Source: Pyrinomonadaceae bacterium
Lineage (GTDB): Bacteria; Acidobacteriota; Blastocatellia; Pyrinomonadales; Pyrinomonadaceae
DNA length: 64,000 nucleotides
NCBI GenBank assembly: GCA_041746475.1
Contig: JBGTGX010000021.1
Location: 46,251 to 110,250 of the forward strand
Reading direction: 5' to 3'
Shown piece by piece: positions 17,999 through 27,484 of the stretch (its first letter is position 1; each line of letters starts with the position of its first letter). The notes below the pieces were generated by a model. It saw only the letters and a program-made list of their open reading frames with translations, was not told the origin of the DNA and did not search any database. Both the position numbers and the translations under genes were made by a program.

Positions 17999-18403
17999 TC
18001 GAATAATCTAAATCAAAATCCATAGTGTTGCACTGACCGATTGAAACTTCCCTTGCTTTCGTACTTAGTTTTATCGGCGTGAAAATGCTCTTGCCACTTT
18101 TAGCCGAAGGCGCGATAATGGTTATGGGACAAGATTTACCACTCGGCTTTCGCAGATTTCACACACCGTTTTGTAAAAGGGGAGTTTAACCAAGGGTTCA
18201 TAAATCTTTCCCTGGGAATTGTGGCGGGTACAATAATTCTTTCGATAATTTTGTCGCTGATCTTTCCGACTGCGGCTGAAACGGAAGAATCAAAGCTCAT
18301 TAAGACTTTAGATCCGGATTCGGATACCGAGTAATTGTCCTAACCAAATGAGGGTTTATGCGACGGGTTCCGTCCCATCCTTCCAAAAGCTGTAAATAGA
18401 AAA

Positions 18404-19633
18404 ATGGATAACAATTTTCGCAGGTATTACGTTGACTGGTGGAGCATTCGAAAAAGCACCATTTACGCAATAATTGCGCTCATAGCAGCCCTTATCATTG
18501 CGGCAGGCGGCGTTTGGTGGCTTTGGCAAAATGATTGGGTAATTACTCCGCCGACGGATCGAAAAGCCCCTAAAGATTCTGCCACTATCATTTCATTTGA
18601 GGGAAATGTCAGGATCGTAAGGGTCGCGACGCGCGCGACCGAAAGAGTTACAAAATCGACGTTTGTTCAGGCGGGCGATACTGTTCAAACACAGGCTGGC
18701 GGGCGCGCCCAGATACGCATGATCGACGGTTCGATTATATCAGTACGCCCCGATAGCACGGTAGTCATAAGCGACAGCACATCTATTCTCGGCGGAACAA
18801 GCGTCAGAGTTAAGCTTGACGACGGGCAGATCAAAGTAAGCACGGAAAATCATCCTGAAACTTCGAACAACGTAGTTGAAATCAAAGAGACTGAAAACAA
18901 GATGCTTTCACAGACGGAGGCAAGCTTCAACATAAACCCAAAGACAGATACGGGTGAAATACGGATTAATCGCGGAGGTGTGGAAAGTAGCGCCGGCGGC
19001 GAAATAACAGTTTTAAAAGAGAATGAGTTTGTTTCGATCAAGGATAAAAAGATCGTTTCAAAGGAAAAATTATTGCGTGCTCCAGATCTCGACGAGCCCT
19101 CACCCTCTAAACAGATACTTGCAGTCGGCGGAGCAAACATTTCGTTTAAATGGGGTGAATCAGAGGGTTATAAAAGTGCGATCTATCATATGCAATTGGC
19201 AAAATCTCCATTTTTTGTCGGCGGCAAAATGATCAAAGAAAGCGACACGATCAAAGGAACCAGCGCATCCGTGGTGGGCTTAGAACCTGGAACTTATTTT
19301 TGGCGCATCCGGGCTTCGATCCCTTCGGGACAGGTAAGCGAATGGAGCGATCCTTCAAAATTTACTATTGTGAAGAGGAGCGGGTCGAGCGGTTTTGAAG
19401 TATCTGATTGGGAAGTCGAAAAGGTTGGCGGGGGAATCTATATATTGAAGGGAATTACAAAACCCGGAGCGACCATAAAAATTCTCGGACGTGAGACGTA
19501 TGCTCAATCGGACGGATCTTTCAAACTACAGGTTTCATCCGGAAGCTCAACTGTCGTTGTCGGCGTATCCGATGAAAAAGGTAATCGTAGTCAATATACG
19601 ATATCTCTAAAGACCGGAAAACCATTACGATAA
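18404..19633 (+). CDS. Membrane-anchored FecR-domain protein with C-terminal Ig-like region
   Basis: It has a short cytoplasmic N-terminus and one TM helix. The FecR-like segment is FEGNVRIVRV...VQAGDTVQTQAGGRAQIRMIDGSIISVRPDSTVVI. Confidence 0.55.
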   Translation: MDNNFRRYYVDWWSIRKSTIYAIIALIAALIIAAGGVWWLWQNDWVITPPTDRKAPKDSATIISFEGNVRIVRVATRATERVTKSTFVQAGDTVQTQAGGRAQIRMIDGSIISVRPDSTVVISDSTSILGGTSVRVKLDDGQIKVSTENHPETSNNVVEIKETENKMLSQTEASFNINPKTDTGEIRINRGGVESSAGGEITVLKENEFVSIKDKKIVSKEKLLRAPDLDEPSPSKQILAVGGANISFKWGESEGYKSAIYHMQLAKSPFFVGGKMIKESDTIKGTSASVVGLEPGTYFWRIRASIPSGQVSEWSDPSKFTIVKRSGSSGFEVSDWEVEKVGGGIYILKGITKPGATIKILGRETYAQSDGSFKLQVSSGSSTVVVGVSDEKGNRSQYTISLKTGKPLR

Positions 19634-20560
19634 GTACCGGTTTCGTTGGTTTCGACTCAGATAAGAAGCCGACATCAGAACATAACTGACCCAAATAGCG
19701 TCCGCCAATAAAAGGTGTCCGATCTGCATCAGGATCGGTGCGAGCGTGAAAACTGTAAGGGCACCGAATGCGAATTGGAGTATTATCAACGCCGTCAAAA
19801 AGTTTGAGAATCTCGAGAGCGTAGAATTTTCAGCGTCCTGTTTTTTTAACCAAGCGGCGAGAAATAAGAGATAAACTCCGAGCAATACTGACAAGATCGG
19901 ATGAGCGATCCTCAATCGAAGGAGCATATGAGAAGTGCTCGAGAAATCCTGCCTGAATCCTTCGATCAATGAATTAGCCGGAAACAGCATACTCGAAAGT
20001 GCGGCCAAAACGCCGCTCGAGCCGATAAGAAGCATTCCGACCGCGCCGAGCGCGAGAAGGATTAAGGTCTTTCGGTCCACGCTGTCAAATTTCAGCGTAC
20101 GCCCACCGCTCGCTAACCACCCGGTCATACTCAATGAAGCCAGCAGAATAAATGTGTTTATCAAGTGTCCAATTGCCCAGAAGGGGCGGGCATTGGATAG
20201 CGTTTCCGCGGTATTTCCGGTTAGCACAAGGCCCGCTCCAATTAGCGCTTCCGTGATGATAAAGAGAAAAGAGAAAATGGCAAATACGCGTATTTGGTGA
20301 GGCCGTTTGAACTTAACCAATACTACGATCATGAGAATCAAGACAACGAAAAAATCGATTCCGCTCATTATCCTGTGCGAAAATTCAATAACTGTTTTGA
20401 GCTGCGGCGCAGTAGGGATCACCTCGCCATGGCATGTGAGCCAATGTTGTCCGCATCCATCACCCGATTTCGACGCTCGCAAGAATACTCCCCAGAGTAT
20501 TACAAGTACATTATAGGAAAGCGTAAACCAGGCAAATTTTGCGAGCTTCGAAAGTTTCAT
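19625..20560 (-). CDS. ctaA: COX15/CtaA-family heme A synthase
   Basis: It is a polytopic protein carrying the SGDGCGQHWLTCHGEVIP cysteine motif and conserved His residues in TM helices. Confidence 0.75.
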   Translation of the reverse strand: MKLSKLAKFAWFTLSYNVLVILWGVFLRASKSGDGCGQHWLTCHGEVIPTAPQLKTVIEFSHRIMSGIDFFVVLILMIVVLVKFKRPHQIRVFAIFSFLFIITEALIGAGLVLTGNTAETLSNARPFWAIGHLINTFILLASLSMTGWLASGGRTLKFDSVDRKTLILLALGAVGMLLIGSSGVLAALSSMLFPANSLIEGFRQDFSSTSHMLLRLRIAHPILSVLLGVYLLFLAAWLKKQDAENSTLSRFSNFLTALIILQFAFGALTVFTLAPILMQIGHLLLADAIWVSYVLMSASYLSRNQRNRYLS

Positions 20561-20651
20561 TTCTTAAAGCGTTCTGATAAATTAACCAATGAAAATTGAG
20601 GATAGCACCCGAAAGAGGAAATAAAAAATCTCGATATAATTAGTAAAGTTT

Positions 20652-20831
20652 ATGGAGATCGAACATTTTTTTACTTGTCCATACTGTTGGGAGGAGATCT
20701 CAATGGTAATCGATTTATCGGTAAGCGGGCAGGTTTATACGGAGGATTGTGAGGTTTGTTGTCGTCCGATTCAAATAAAATACGAAGCCGAATCCTTGAC
20801 GTTGAAATCCTTCGAAATTATTGAGCAATGA
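20652..20831 (+). CDS. CPXCG-motif cysteine-rich small protein
   Basis: It is 59 aa: MEIEHFFTCPYCWEEISMVIDLSVSGQVYTEDCEVCCRPIQIKYE.... Its stop overlaps the next ATG (ATGA). Confidence 0.7.
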   Translation: MEIEHFFTCPYCWEEISMVIDLSVSGQVYTEDCEVCCRPIQIKYEAESLTLKSFEIIEQ

Positions 20832-21748
20832 AAAAAATCAAAATAATTGTGATCCTAGTTCTTTTTATCGTTTCGAGCGCAAAAGGGGAGGCGCCATATG
20901 TTGCCGTGCTTGGAGTCGCCCAAGATGCCGGTGCGCCGCAGATGGGATGTATGAGCCAATTTTGTAAAAATGCCTGGACTGACAAGAGTCTGCGCCGCTT
21001 GGTTTCATCCATCGCTCTGGTAAATCCGGATACTAAACAGCGCTGGATCTTCGACGCAACTCCCAATTTGCCGGAACAATTTCAAAATCTAAAAACACAG
21101 ACAAATGATTTCTCGAACAATCTTGACGGCATCTTTTTAACGCACGCTCATATTGGTCATTATACCGGATTGATGTTTTTGGGAAGAGAATCGATGAACG
21201 CGAAAGAAGTTAAGGTATTTGCCATGCCGCGAATGATTCAAATGCTCGAAAAAAATGCTCCGTGGTCGCAGCTGGTCGACCTCGAGAACATTAAACTCAG
21301 TGAAATTCAGGACAAGAAAGATGTTCAACTGACGGAAGATATTCATGTGAGTGCATTTGTCGTTCCTCATCGGGACGAATTCTCCGAAACCGTTGGGTAT
21401 AAAATTCAATCTTCCAACAAAACGCTCATCTTTATTCCGGATATAGATAAATGGGAAAAGTGGGATAAGAAGCTGAGCGAGTTAATAAAAAAGTGTGACT
21501 ATGCATTTGTGGACGCCACCTTTTATCAAGATGGCGAGATTCCCCGTCCGATGAGCGAAGTTCCCCACCCGTTTGTTTCCGAAACAATGGACTTCTTAAA
21601 AGCCCTCCCCCTAAAAGAAAAGAAAAAGGTTCATTTTATTCATTTTAATCATTCAAATCCTATTGTTCAGGGAAATCGCGAAATCATTAATGAGGTTAGA
21701 AAGAAAGGCTTTAATATCGCATACGAGGGACAAACCGTAAGACTTTAA
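20828..21748 (+). CDS. Secreted MBL-fold metallo-hydrolase (PqqB-like)
   Basis: It has a signal peptide, and LTHAHIGHYTGLMFLG is a metallo-beta-lactamase HxHxDH-type motif variant. Confidence 0.6.
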   Translation: MKKIKIIVILVLFIVSSAKGEAPYVAVLGVAQDAGAPQMGCMSQFCKNAWTDKSLRRLVSSIALVNPDTKQRWIFDATPNLPEQFQNLKTQTNDFSNNLDGIFLTHAHIGHYTGLMFLGRESMNAKEVKVFAMPRMIQMLEKNAPWSQLVDLENIKLSEIQDKKDVQLTEDIHVSAFVVPHRDEFSETVGYKIQSSNKTLIFIPDIDKWEKWDKKLSELIKKCDYAFVDATFYQDGEIPRPMSEVPHPFVSETMDFLKALPLKEKKKVHFIHFNHSNPIVQGNREIINEVRKKGFNIAYEGQTVRL

Positions 21749-21764
21749 TGCTTCGAGCGAACGG

Positions 21765-22508
21765 ATGAAGAAAGAACGAATCGACAAACTTCTCGTTTCA
21801 AATGGCTTTGCTGAATCGCGGGCGAAAGCGCAGGCAATGGTTATGGCCGGGACCGTTTTGGTGAACGAAAGGCGCGTCGATAAGGCTTCCGAATCCTTTT
21901 ACGGCGGAGAAACCATTCGTATCAAAGGCGACTCCCCGGAAACGAGATTTGTTGGCCGCGGCGGATTAAAGCTTGAGAAAGCGCTTGAACGATTTAATAT
22001 ATGCCCAAACGAATATGTTTGCCTGGATGTTGGTTCATCGACAGGAGGATTCACTGATTGCTTGTTGCAGAATGGGGCTCGAAAAGTATATGCCGTGGAC
22101 GCGGGTACGAATCAGCTCGTTTGGAAGCTGCGAAATGATCCAAGAGTCGAAGTACGGGAGAATGTAAACGCCCGGTATCTTTCGCGAGCAGACTTCGCAG
22201 AGCAGTTTGATCTAATTGTAATGGACGTATCTTTTATTTCCGTGACCAAAATATTGGGCGCGCTAATTTTGCTTCTCAAGCAAACGGGAAAAATTATTGT
22301 TTTGATAAAGCCTCAGTTTGAGGTCGGTCGCGGCGAAGCCGCAAAAGGTGGAATCGTACGGGATCCGGAAAAACATACTGAGGTTGTCTCAAAAGTCAAC
22401 GAATTTGCAGCCGGAATCGGGCTAAAGGCTAGCGAAGCGGTCGACTCTCCAATCCTGGGAGCGGACGGCAATAAAGAATTTTTGGTGCTTTATGAACCGA
22501 AAAGCTAA
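21765..22508 (+). CDS. tlyA: TlyA-family rRNA (cytidine-2'-O)-methyltransferase
   Basis: It has an S4-like N-terminus (RIDKLLVSNGFAESRAKAQAMVMAGTVLVN) and a SAM-binding DVGSSTGGFTDCLLQNGA motif. Confidence 0.9.
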   Translation: MKKERIDKLLVSNGFAESRAKAQAMVMAGTVLVNERRVDKASESFYGGETIRIKGDSPETRFVGRGGLKLEKALERFNICPNEYVCLDVGSSTGGFTDCLLQNGARKVYAVDAGTNQLVWKLRNDPRVEVRENVNARYLSRADFAEQFDLIVMDVSFISVTKILGALILLLKQTGKIIVLIKPQFEVGRGEAAKGGIVRDPEKHTEVVSKVNEFAAGIGLKASEAVDSPILGADGNKEFLVLYEPKS

Positions 22509-22689
22509 AGATACGAAGCAGCGCGAAAGCGATAAGTTTATTGAAGGAATCGACTACTACTTCGAAGGCGGTTTTTTCGTTTTGACCGAAACCTTCTTGC
22601 GTAAACGCGGGTTCTGTTGCGAAAATGGTTGCCGACACTGCCCCTACCAACAAAATGCGAATGAACCCCTACAAAAGGAAAGTCTCTAA
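22492..22689 (+). CDS. DUF5522-like cysteine-rich protein
   Basis: GIDYYFEGGFFVLTETFLRKRGFCCENGCRHCPY matches the family pattern. Confidence 0.7.
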   Translation: MNRKAKDTKQRESDKFIEGIDYYFEGGFFVLTETFLRKRGFCCENGCRHCPYQQNANEPLQKESL

Positions 22690-23112
22690 TTCCTCAGCAT
22701 CAACTAACATATTCGTCTCCAGTAATGTTTCAGGTTTCGGGGCATTAGAAATTGTAGTCGGAGCTTGCGACGAACAACACACCGCGACCAGACGGTCAAA
22801 TTCTTTCTGCATTTCCGGCTGAATAGCTATACTCTGGATAGTTTCATCAAGAACAGCCTTGAGGCTTTCATTTTCTGGAGGATTGATTTTGTAGTGCATC
22901 CATTTTCCTTCCCTTCGAGCTGACACCAATCCGCATTTACGCAAATATGCCAGATGCCGCGAAATTTTTGGCTGGCTTTCGCCCAAAACTTCGACAAAGA
23001 AGCAAACACAAACTTCCTCATTGCGAATCAAATTCAACAGCCGGAGCCTTGTCTTATCCGCGAGAGCCCCAAACAAATTTTCCATTTCGGAAAGTAATTC
23101 ACCCTTCACCAT
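22669..23112 (-). CDS. arsR: ArsR/SmtB-family metalloregulator
   Basis: LADKTRLRLLNLIRNEEVCVCFFVEVLGESQPKISRHLAYLRKCGLV gives a wHTH with a CVC metalloid site. There is an additional CC pair in the C-terminal extension. Confidence 0.85.
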   Translation of the reverse strand: MVKGELLSEMENLFGALADKTRLRLLNLIRNEEVCVCFFVEVLGESQPKISRHLAYLRKCGLVSARREGKWMHYKINPPENESLKAVLDETIQSIAIQPEMQKEFDRLVAVCCSSQAPTTISNAPKPETLLETNMLVDAEELETFLL

Positions 23113-23145
23113 ATTCGAATATTATCAGATAACGTAAAAAATGTC

Positions 23146-23174
23146 TTGACATAAGGTTTATTGAGCGTTATATT
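23146..23174 (+). promoter_or_regulatory. Near-consensus sigma-70 promoter for arsI
   Basis: TTGACA (23146-23151), a 17-nt spacer, then TATATT (23169-23174). The perfect palindrome acatatatgt (23182-23191) lies just downstream. A second palindrome, atattcgaatat (23111-23122), is at the arsR start. Confidence 0.65.
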
Positions 23175-23226
23175 CGCTTTAACATATATGTCAGAGCGTA
23201 TATGAATACCGAGGAGTAAAGAGACA

Positions 23227-23754
23227 ATGAAGACACATATTTCTTTGAATGTAAAAGATATTGAAAAGAGCGTTGAATTCTACGGGAAGATGTTTGATCA
23301 AAAGCCGATGAAATTTATCAAGGCGGAAAGGGGATACGCGAAATTTGATATTGAAGATCCACCGTTAAATTTAGCTCTCAACGAAGGTTCGTTTGAGGCG
23401 GGCGGGGGATTGTCCCATTTAGGATTGCAGGTCGAAACGACCGAGGATGTTATGAATTTCAAACAGAGATGGTCCGAAAAAGGTCTTGTTTCAGTCGATG
23501 AAATGGATGTCAGCTGTTGTTATGCAAAGCAGGATAAAATATGGGTTCGCGACCCGGATGGAAACGAATGGGAAGCATTTGCCGTTCTGGAAAACCTCGA
23601 GCCAAAAGAAGCTGAAAACGCGTGTGATTGCGGCGAGAAGGTTTTGGACGAGGTTCAAGGTAAAATTAATGCGGTCGGGTCGTGTTGCGGCTCTGCGAAT
23701 GAGCCTAATACGTCGGATCAGGCGGCGAGGGAAACTCGCAGTGTCTCCAGTTAG
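23227..23754 (+). CDS. arsI: ArsI/CadI-family VOC (glyoxalase-fold) metalloenzyme
   Basis: MKTHISLNVKDIEKSVEFYGKMF... and VSCCYAKQDKIWVRDPDGNEWEAF (vicinal Cys pair) match the ArsI C-As lyase/CadI pattern. It is divergent from arsR. Confidence 0.8.
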   Translation: MKTHISLNVKDIEKSVEFYGKMFDQKPMKFIKAERGYAKFDIEDPPLNLALNEGSFEAGGGLSHLGLQVETTEDVMNFKQRWSEKGLVSVDEMDVSCCYAKQDKIWVRDPDGNEWEAFAVLENLEPKEAENACDCGEKVLDEVQGKINAVGSCCGSANEPNTSDQAARETRSVSS

Positions 23755-23819
23755 CCATATTACGGTTGTGGATTTTAATTAACTGAGTTGAAAAGTATGC
23801 CTTAGAGCCTATAGTATTT

Positions 23820-23857
23820 AATCGGCTGAAGATGATCTTCGGCCGATTATTTTTTTG
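23820..23857 (+). terminator. Intrinsic terminator after arsI
   Basis: aatcggctgaag pairs with cttcggccgatt (12-bp stem with one G·U wobble pair at the seventh position) and is followed by atttttttg. Confidence 0.75.
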
Positions 23858-23869
23858 TTGAGGTGTTTT

Positions 23870-24283
23870 ATGGATTTAGGCCTTCCAAATCGGCAAGGGT
23901 TGGAAATACGTCCGACTCCAAGGGATGAGATGAAACTTCATCCACTAGATACTTTTGCTTATGAATTTGTGGGTAACGAAGTTTGGGTAGAATTTGAGAT
24001 GCCTGAGTTTACGGCGATTTGCCCGTTTTCGGATTTTCCTGATTTTGCGACGATTCGCTTGAAATATCTCCCCAACGAACGGTGTATTGAGTTAAAGAGT
24101 CTCAAGCTTTATATCAATTCGTTTCGTGATGTAAAGATATTTCACGAACACGTGATAAATGTAATTTTAGAGGATTTTGTTAAAGCTAGTGATCCATTGA
24201 AGTTGAGAATTGAAGGCGATTTTAATGTACGTGGAAATATTAAGACTTTGATAAAAGCGAAATATAACAAAAAAAACTCCTGA
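23870..24283 (+). CDS. queF: NADPH-dependent 7-cyano-7-deazaguanine (preQ0) reductase
   Basis: [49 protein letters not shown] is the QueF type I signature. The ATG at 23870 is preceded by GAGGTG, and the TTG at 23855 lies inside the terminator. Confidence 0.9.
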   Translation: MDLGLPNRQGLEIRPTPRDEMKLHPLDTFAYEFVGNEVWVEFEMPEFTAICPFSDFPDFATIRLKYLPNERCIELKSLKLYINSFRDVKIFHEHVINVILEDFVKASDPLKLRIEGDFNVRGNIKTLIKAKYNKKNS

Positions 24284-24312
24284 GATTCATTTCTCAAGAG
24301 TCCTTTGTTTTT
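24277..24312 (+). terminator. Putative terminator overlapping the queF stop
   Basis: ctcctgag pairs with ctcaagag (7 of 8 bp) and is followed by tcctttgttttt. Confidence 0.4.
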
Positions 24313-24332
24313 CTAATACTCGGAAAGGTTAG

Positions 24333-24884
24333 TTAATGTCCTGCGACTGCCAAAGCGCCTACCGCACCCTCCACATCGTCAGCATCGGAATGGGTGTTGC
24401 AGGCACATTCGATGAGCTCGTCGATTTTCTTTTCTATTTTTCTTTCGGTACCAAGTTCAGCGTTTCTGACTTCAGAGACGATTAGAAACTTAGCCTTTTC
24501 CAGCAGACTTTGTTCACGGAAAGAAAGTTTCTTCTCAATACTCAAAAACGTCAATTTCTTCAAAACATCAGCCGCTTCGAAAATATCACCCGACTGAAGC
24601 TTCTCATTGAATTCGCGCGAACGAACTTTCCAGTCGTCCGAAACAGTTTCAAAATCTTCGCCAAGCGTCGTCATTAAATGCTTATACTGTTTTGTTCCAA
24701 TTATCGGTCTTATTCCAACGGCTTCGGCATTATCCATTGGAACAAAAATCGTTGAATTATCGCTCAGAACCCTGAGCGAATAAAAACGCATTTGATCATC
24801 ACCGATCTGCTTCTTCTCTATATCTTCTACAAGGCAAACACCCTGATTTGGGTACGCGACCTTCTGCCCTATGCTAAGTTCCAT
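24333..24884 (-). CDS. carD: CarD/CdnL-family RNA-polymerase-binding transcription regulator
   Basis: MELSIGQKVAYPNQGVCLVEDIEKKQIGDDQMRFYSLRV... is a CarD N-terminal Tudor-like domain. GGAGGA lies 4 nt upstream of the ATG at 24884. Confidence 0.85.
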   Translation of the reverse strand: MELSIGQKVAYPNQGVCLVEDIEKKQIGDDQMRFYSLRVLSDNSTIFVPMDNAEAVGIRPIIGTKQYKHLMTTLGEDFETVSDDWKVRSREFNEKLQSGDIFEAADVLKKLTFLSIEKKLSFREQSLLEKAKFLIVSEVRNAELGTERKIEKKIDELIECACNTHSDADDVEGAVGALAVAGH

Positions 24885-25030
24885 AAAATCCTCCATTAAA
24901 ATTAAGGTAGAAATGAGGTAGCGAACCGAATGAGTCTAAATCCGCCTTTTGCCCAAATGTTTAGGTAGACCTATTGTAACACAGCGTCGGCCCGCTTGGA
25001 AAGAAACTTAAGGTTTCGAACTTAGAATGT

Positions 25031-26110
25031 TTAGTTGATCAACTTAGAGATTTTTATTGGGAGCTTGATAATAAAAGTGGAACCGCTGCCTAAAACGGAA
25101 TCGACATGGACTTCGCCATCGTGCAAGCGCGCAAGATGTTTTACAATTGCCAGCCCGAGGCCGGTTCCGCCTATATCACGAGAGCGCGCACGATCGCCGC
25201 GATAAAGGCGCTCAAAAACTCTAGGAAGCTGAGCAGTGGGAATTCCTTCCCCTGAATCGGTTACTTCGATCGCGAGCATATCACCGTGTCGATCACATCC
25301 GACAGTTACAATTCCTTCGTGACGATTGAATTTGATGGCATTGTCGACAAGGTTTGTCAGCATTTGCTCGAGACGAAATCTGTCTGCTATCACCCGGGTT
25401 TCCGGTTTCACCCTGTTTTCAAGTATGATCTCTCGTTCGTCAGCTTTTGCAGACAAGCTCGCAAGCACGCCCTTAGTTAAATCGAAGAGCGGAATCTCCG
25501 CAAGGTCAATCCTGACCTTTCCGGCCTCAATTGAAGAAAGCTCGGAAATATCATGGATCAGATGCTGCATTCTTTCGGCGTTTCTTCTAATGATTCCGAG
25601 AAATCGCAGCTTGTTAAGATCGTCATCAACTCCGCCATTTTCTAAAGTTTCAATAAACGCTAAAATGGACGTCAGGGGCGTTCGCAGTTCGTGTGAAATA
25701 TTTGAAAGAAATTCTTGTCTAACTCTCTCGAGGTGTTCGATTTGGGTGATGTCGTAAAAGACTCCGACTGCATATTTCGAACCCTCAAAACCGCGAGGAG
25801 CGACGTTTACATCGAAGATGCTGTGATTTTCCCGTCTGGCTTCATATACAAACTGGGAGGAAGAATCTTTTGTGAGCGCATTTACAAAAGCCTCATGGAC
25901 GGACATGTTTCGCACGACTTCGCTCAAACGTTTCCCCAACAAGGGTTCGCCCGGTTTCCCAAAAATTAGCCGTGCGGCGTCGTTTGCGTAAGCAACACGA
26001 AGATTTTCGCCGACTATCAACATGCCTTCGCGCAGGTTTTTGAAGATCCCCGGAATATTCAGGTTTGAACCGTCGCCTTCGGCAATCGAACGTGAAAATA
26101 AGGATTCCAT
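25031..26110 (-). CDS. Cytoplasmic PAS-domain sensor histidine kinase (PhoR-like)
   Basis: It has a PAS segment, an H-box (FLSNISHELRTPLTSI), an N-box (NLVDNAIKF) and a G-box (GGTGLGLAIVK). No TM helices are present. Confidence 0.85.
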   Translation of the reverse strand: MESLFSRSIAEGDGSNLNIPGIFKNLREGMLIVGENLRVAYANDAARLIFGKPGEPLLGKRLSEVVRNMSVHEAFVNALTKDSSSQFVYEARRENHSIFDVNVAPRGFEGSKYAVGVFYDITQIEHLERVRQEFLSNISHELRTPLTSILAFIETLENGGVDDDLNKLRFLGIIRRNAERMQHLIHDISELSSIEAGKVRIDLAEIPLFDLTKGVLASLSAKADEREIILENRVKPETRVIADRFRLEQMLTNLVDNAIKFNRHEGIVTVGCDRHGDMLAIEVTDSGEGIPTAQLPRVFERLYRGDRARSRDIGGTGLGLAIVKHLARLHDGEVHVDSVLGSGSTFIIKLPIKISKLIN

Positions 26111-26173
26111 CTCTAATGTTAAATTATAGGTCTAGCGCTATTTTCTCAAGGTTGGGAAGAATATCTTTGTTTA

Positions 26174-26860
26174 TTACTTAAATTCAACGAAACGATACCC
26201 CACTCCGACAACCGTTTCAATACACGCCCCGCAATCGCCCAGTTTTTGACGAAGGCGGCGAATATGTACGTCCAAAGTCCGCGTGTCGCCAAAATAACTA
26301 TATCCCCAAACGTTGTCCAGAAGATTCTGTCTCGTCGCCACGCGTCCACTATTTACTGCAAGGTGCGTTAAAAGGGCGAATTCTTTGCGCGTCAATTTCA
26401 CTTCTTCACCACTGCAAAATACTCGCATATCGACAAAATCAATAGAAAGCTTTTTATCCTCATAAACAGTTAGTTCATCGGAATCCGTTCTTCGTAAAAC
26501 TGCACGAATTCTCGCAATTACTTCCTTTATCGAAAAAGGCTTTGTGATGTAATCATCGGCACCGAGATCCAAACCCGTAATTTTGTCAATTTCCGAGGCC
26601 TTTGCGGTCAGCATTATTATTGGAATTTCTTTTGTGGCAGGTTCGCGGCGAAGGCGTCGGCACAGTTCGCTGCCGCTCATGCCCGGCAACATCAGATCCA
26701 AGAGTATTAGTGAAGGAGGCCGTTTTTCATCGAGTGCAAGACGCAGTCCTTTTTCACCGGATTCGGCAATTTCAATGCGATAACGTTCTCGCTCAAGGTT
26801 GTATCGAAGACTTTCAGCAATATCGAATTCGTCTTCTATGATAAGGATAAAGGGCTTCAT
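26174..26860 (-). CDS. OmpR/PhoB-family response regulator
   Basis: MKPFILIIEDE..., the receiver Asp in LILLDLMLPG, and a C-terminal winged-helix (TRTLDVHIRRLRQKL...VGYRF). The ATG at 26860 is preferred over the track start at 26929. Confidence 0.85.
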   Translation of the reverse strand: MKPFILIIEDEFDIAESLRYNLERERYRIEIAESGEKGLRLALDEKRPPSLILLDLMLPGMSGSELCRRLRREPATKEIPIIMLTAKASEIDKITGLDLGADDYITKPFSIKEVIARIRAVLRRTDSDELTVYEDKKLSIDFVDMRVFCSGEEVKLTRKEFALLTHLAVNSGRVATRQNLLDNVWGYSYFGDTRTLDVHIRRLRQKLGDCGACIETVVGVGYRFVEFK

Positions 26861-26986
26861 TGTACTTGGAATAAAACGATCGAACCTTATGCGTAAAGAT
26901 TGAGAGTATTTGTAACGCCTTAATTGCATGTGACGAAAATGTTAACAATACGTTAATTCGCCACCTTCGATTTCAGTACGCAATTT

Positions 26987-27481
26987 CTAGCTCAATTTCT
27001 GCTCGCGCGGCCGCAAAATTTCGACTAACTCGCCCGCTCCCGTTTCAGTTTGCGTCCAACTTTCAACCGGAAAATCGATAACGGCCAAAGCCGCGGTCGG
27101 CATACGTTCATGTTTTCCGGTCAAGGCCTGCACGAGTTCTTCAAATCCCCAGTTGTGTCCAACGATCATTACCGATTGAAACTCATCACTCAAATTCGAA
27201 ACCGTTTTCAGGAGCGAATCCAGCCCAGCTTCATATATCTTTCGTTCAAACCCAATATCCGCATCAATTTCAGCTGATTTCTTCACGAGCTCCGCAGTCT
27301 GTTTAGCTCTTTCGGCCGGCGAACTCAGGATAAATTCCGGAATGAGTCCCTTTTCCGCCATGAGTTTTCCCATAAAAGGAGCCGTGTTCGTACCTCGTTT
27401 ATTGAGTGGTCGCTCGAAATCCGAGAGATTCGGATCATCCCAGCTCGATTTCGCGTGTCTTAAAACAAACAATCTTTTCAT
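26987..27481 (-). CDS. sixA: SixA-like histidine phosphatase
   Basis: MKRLFVLRHAKSSW...ERPLNKRG gives the RHG-type motif of the histidine phosphatase superfamily at SixA size. Confidence 0.75.
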   Translation of the reverse strand: MKRLFVLRHAKSSWDDPNLSDFERPLNKRGTNTAPFMGKLMAEKGLIPEFILSSPAERAKQTAELVKKSAEIDADIGFERKIYEAGLDSLLKTVSNLSDEFQSVMIVGHNWGFEELVQALTGKHERMPTAALAVIDFPVESWTQTETGAGELVEILRPREQKLS

Positions 27482-27484
27482 GGC

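Noticed and set aside
18060-18345. Short plus-strand frames upstream of the FecR gene, including a hydrophobic segment (GFINLSLGIVAGTIILSIILSLIFPTAAETEE...).
   Set aside because: The hydrophobic frame has no start codon. The two pieces are in different frames, and I recognise no family. It is probably debris associated with the IS30 remnant.
23755-23869. Possible preQ1 riboswitch upstream of queF.
   Set aside because: The region is almost fully accounted for by the arsI terminator hairpin plus the SD sequence. There is no preQ1-I/II consensus, and QueF is not a typical preQ1-regulated gene.
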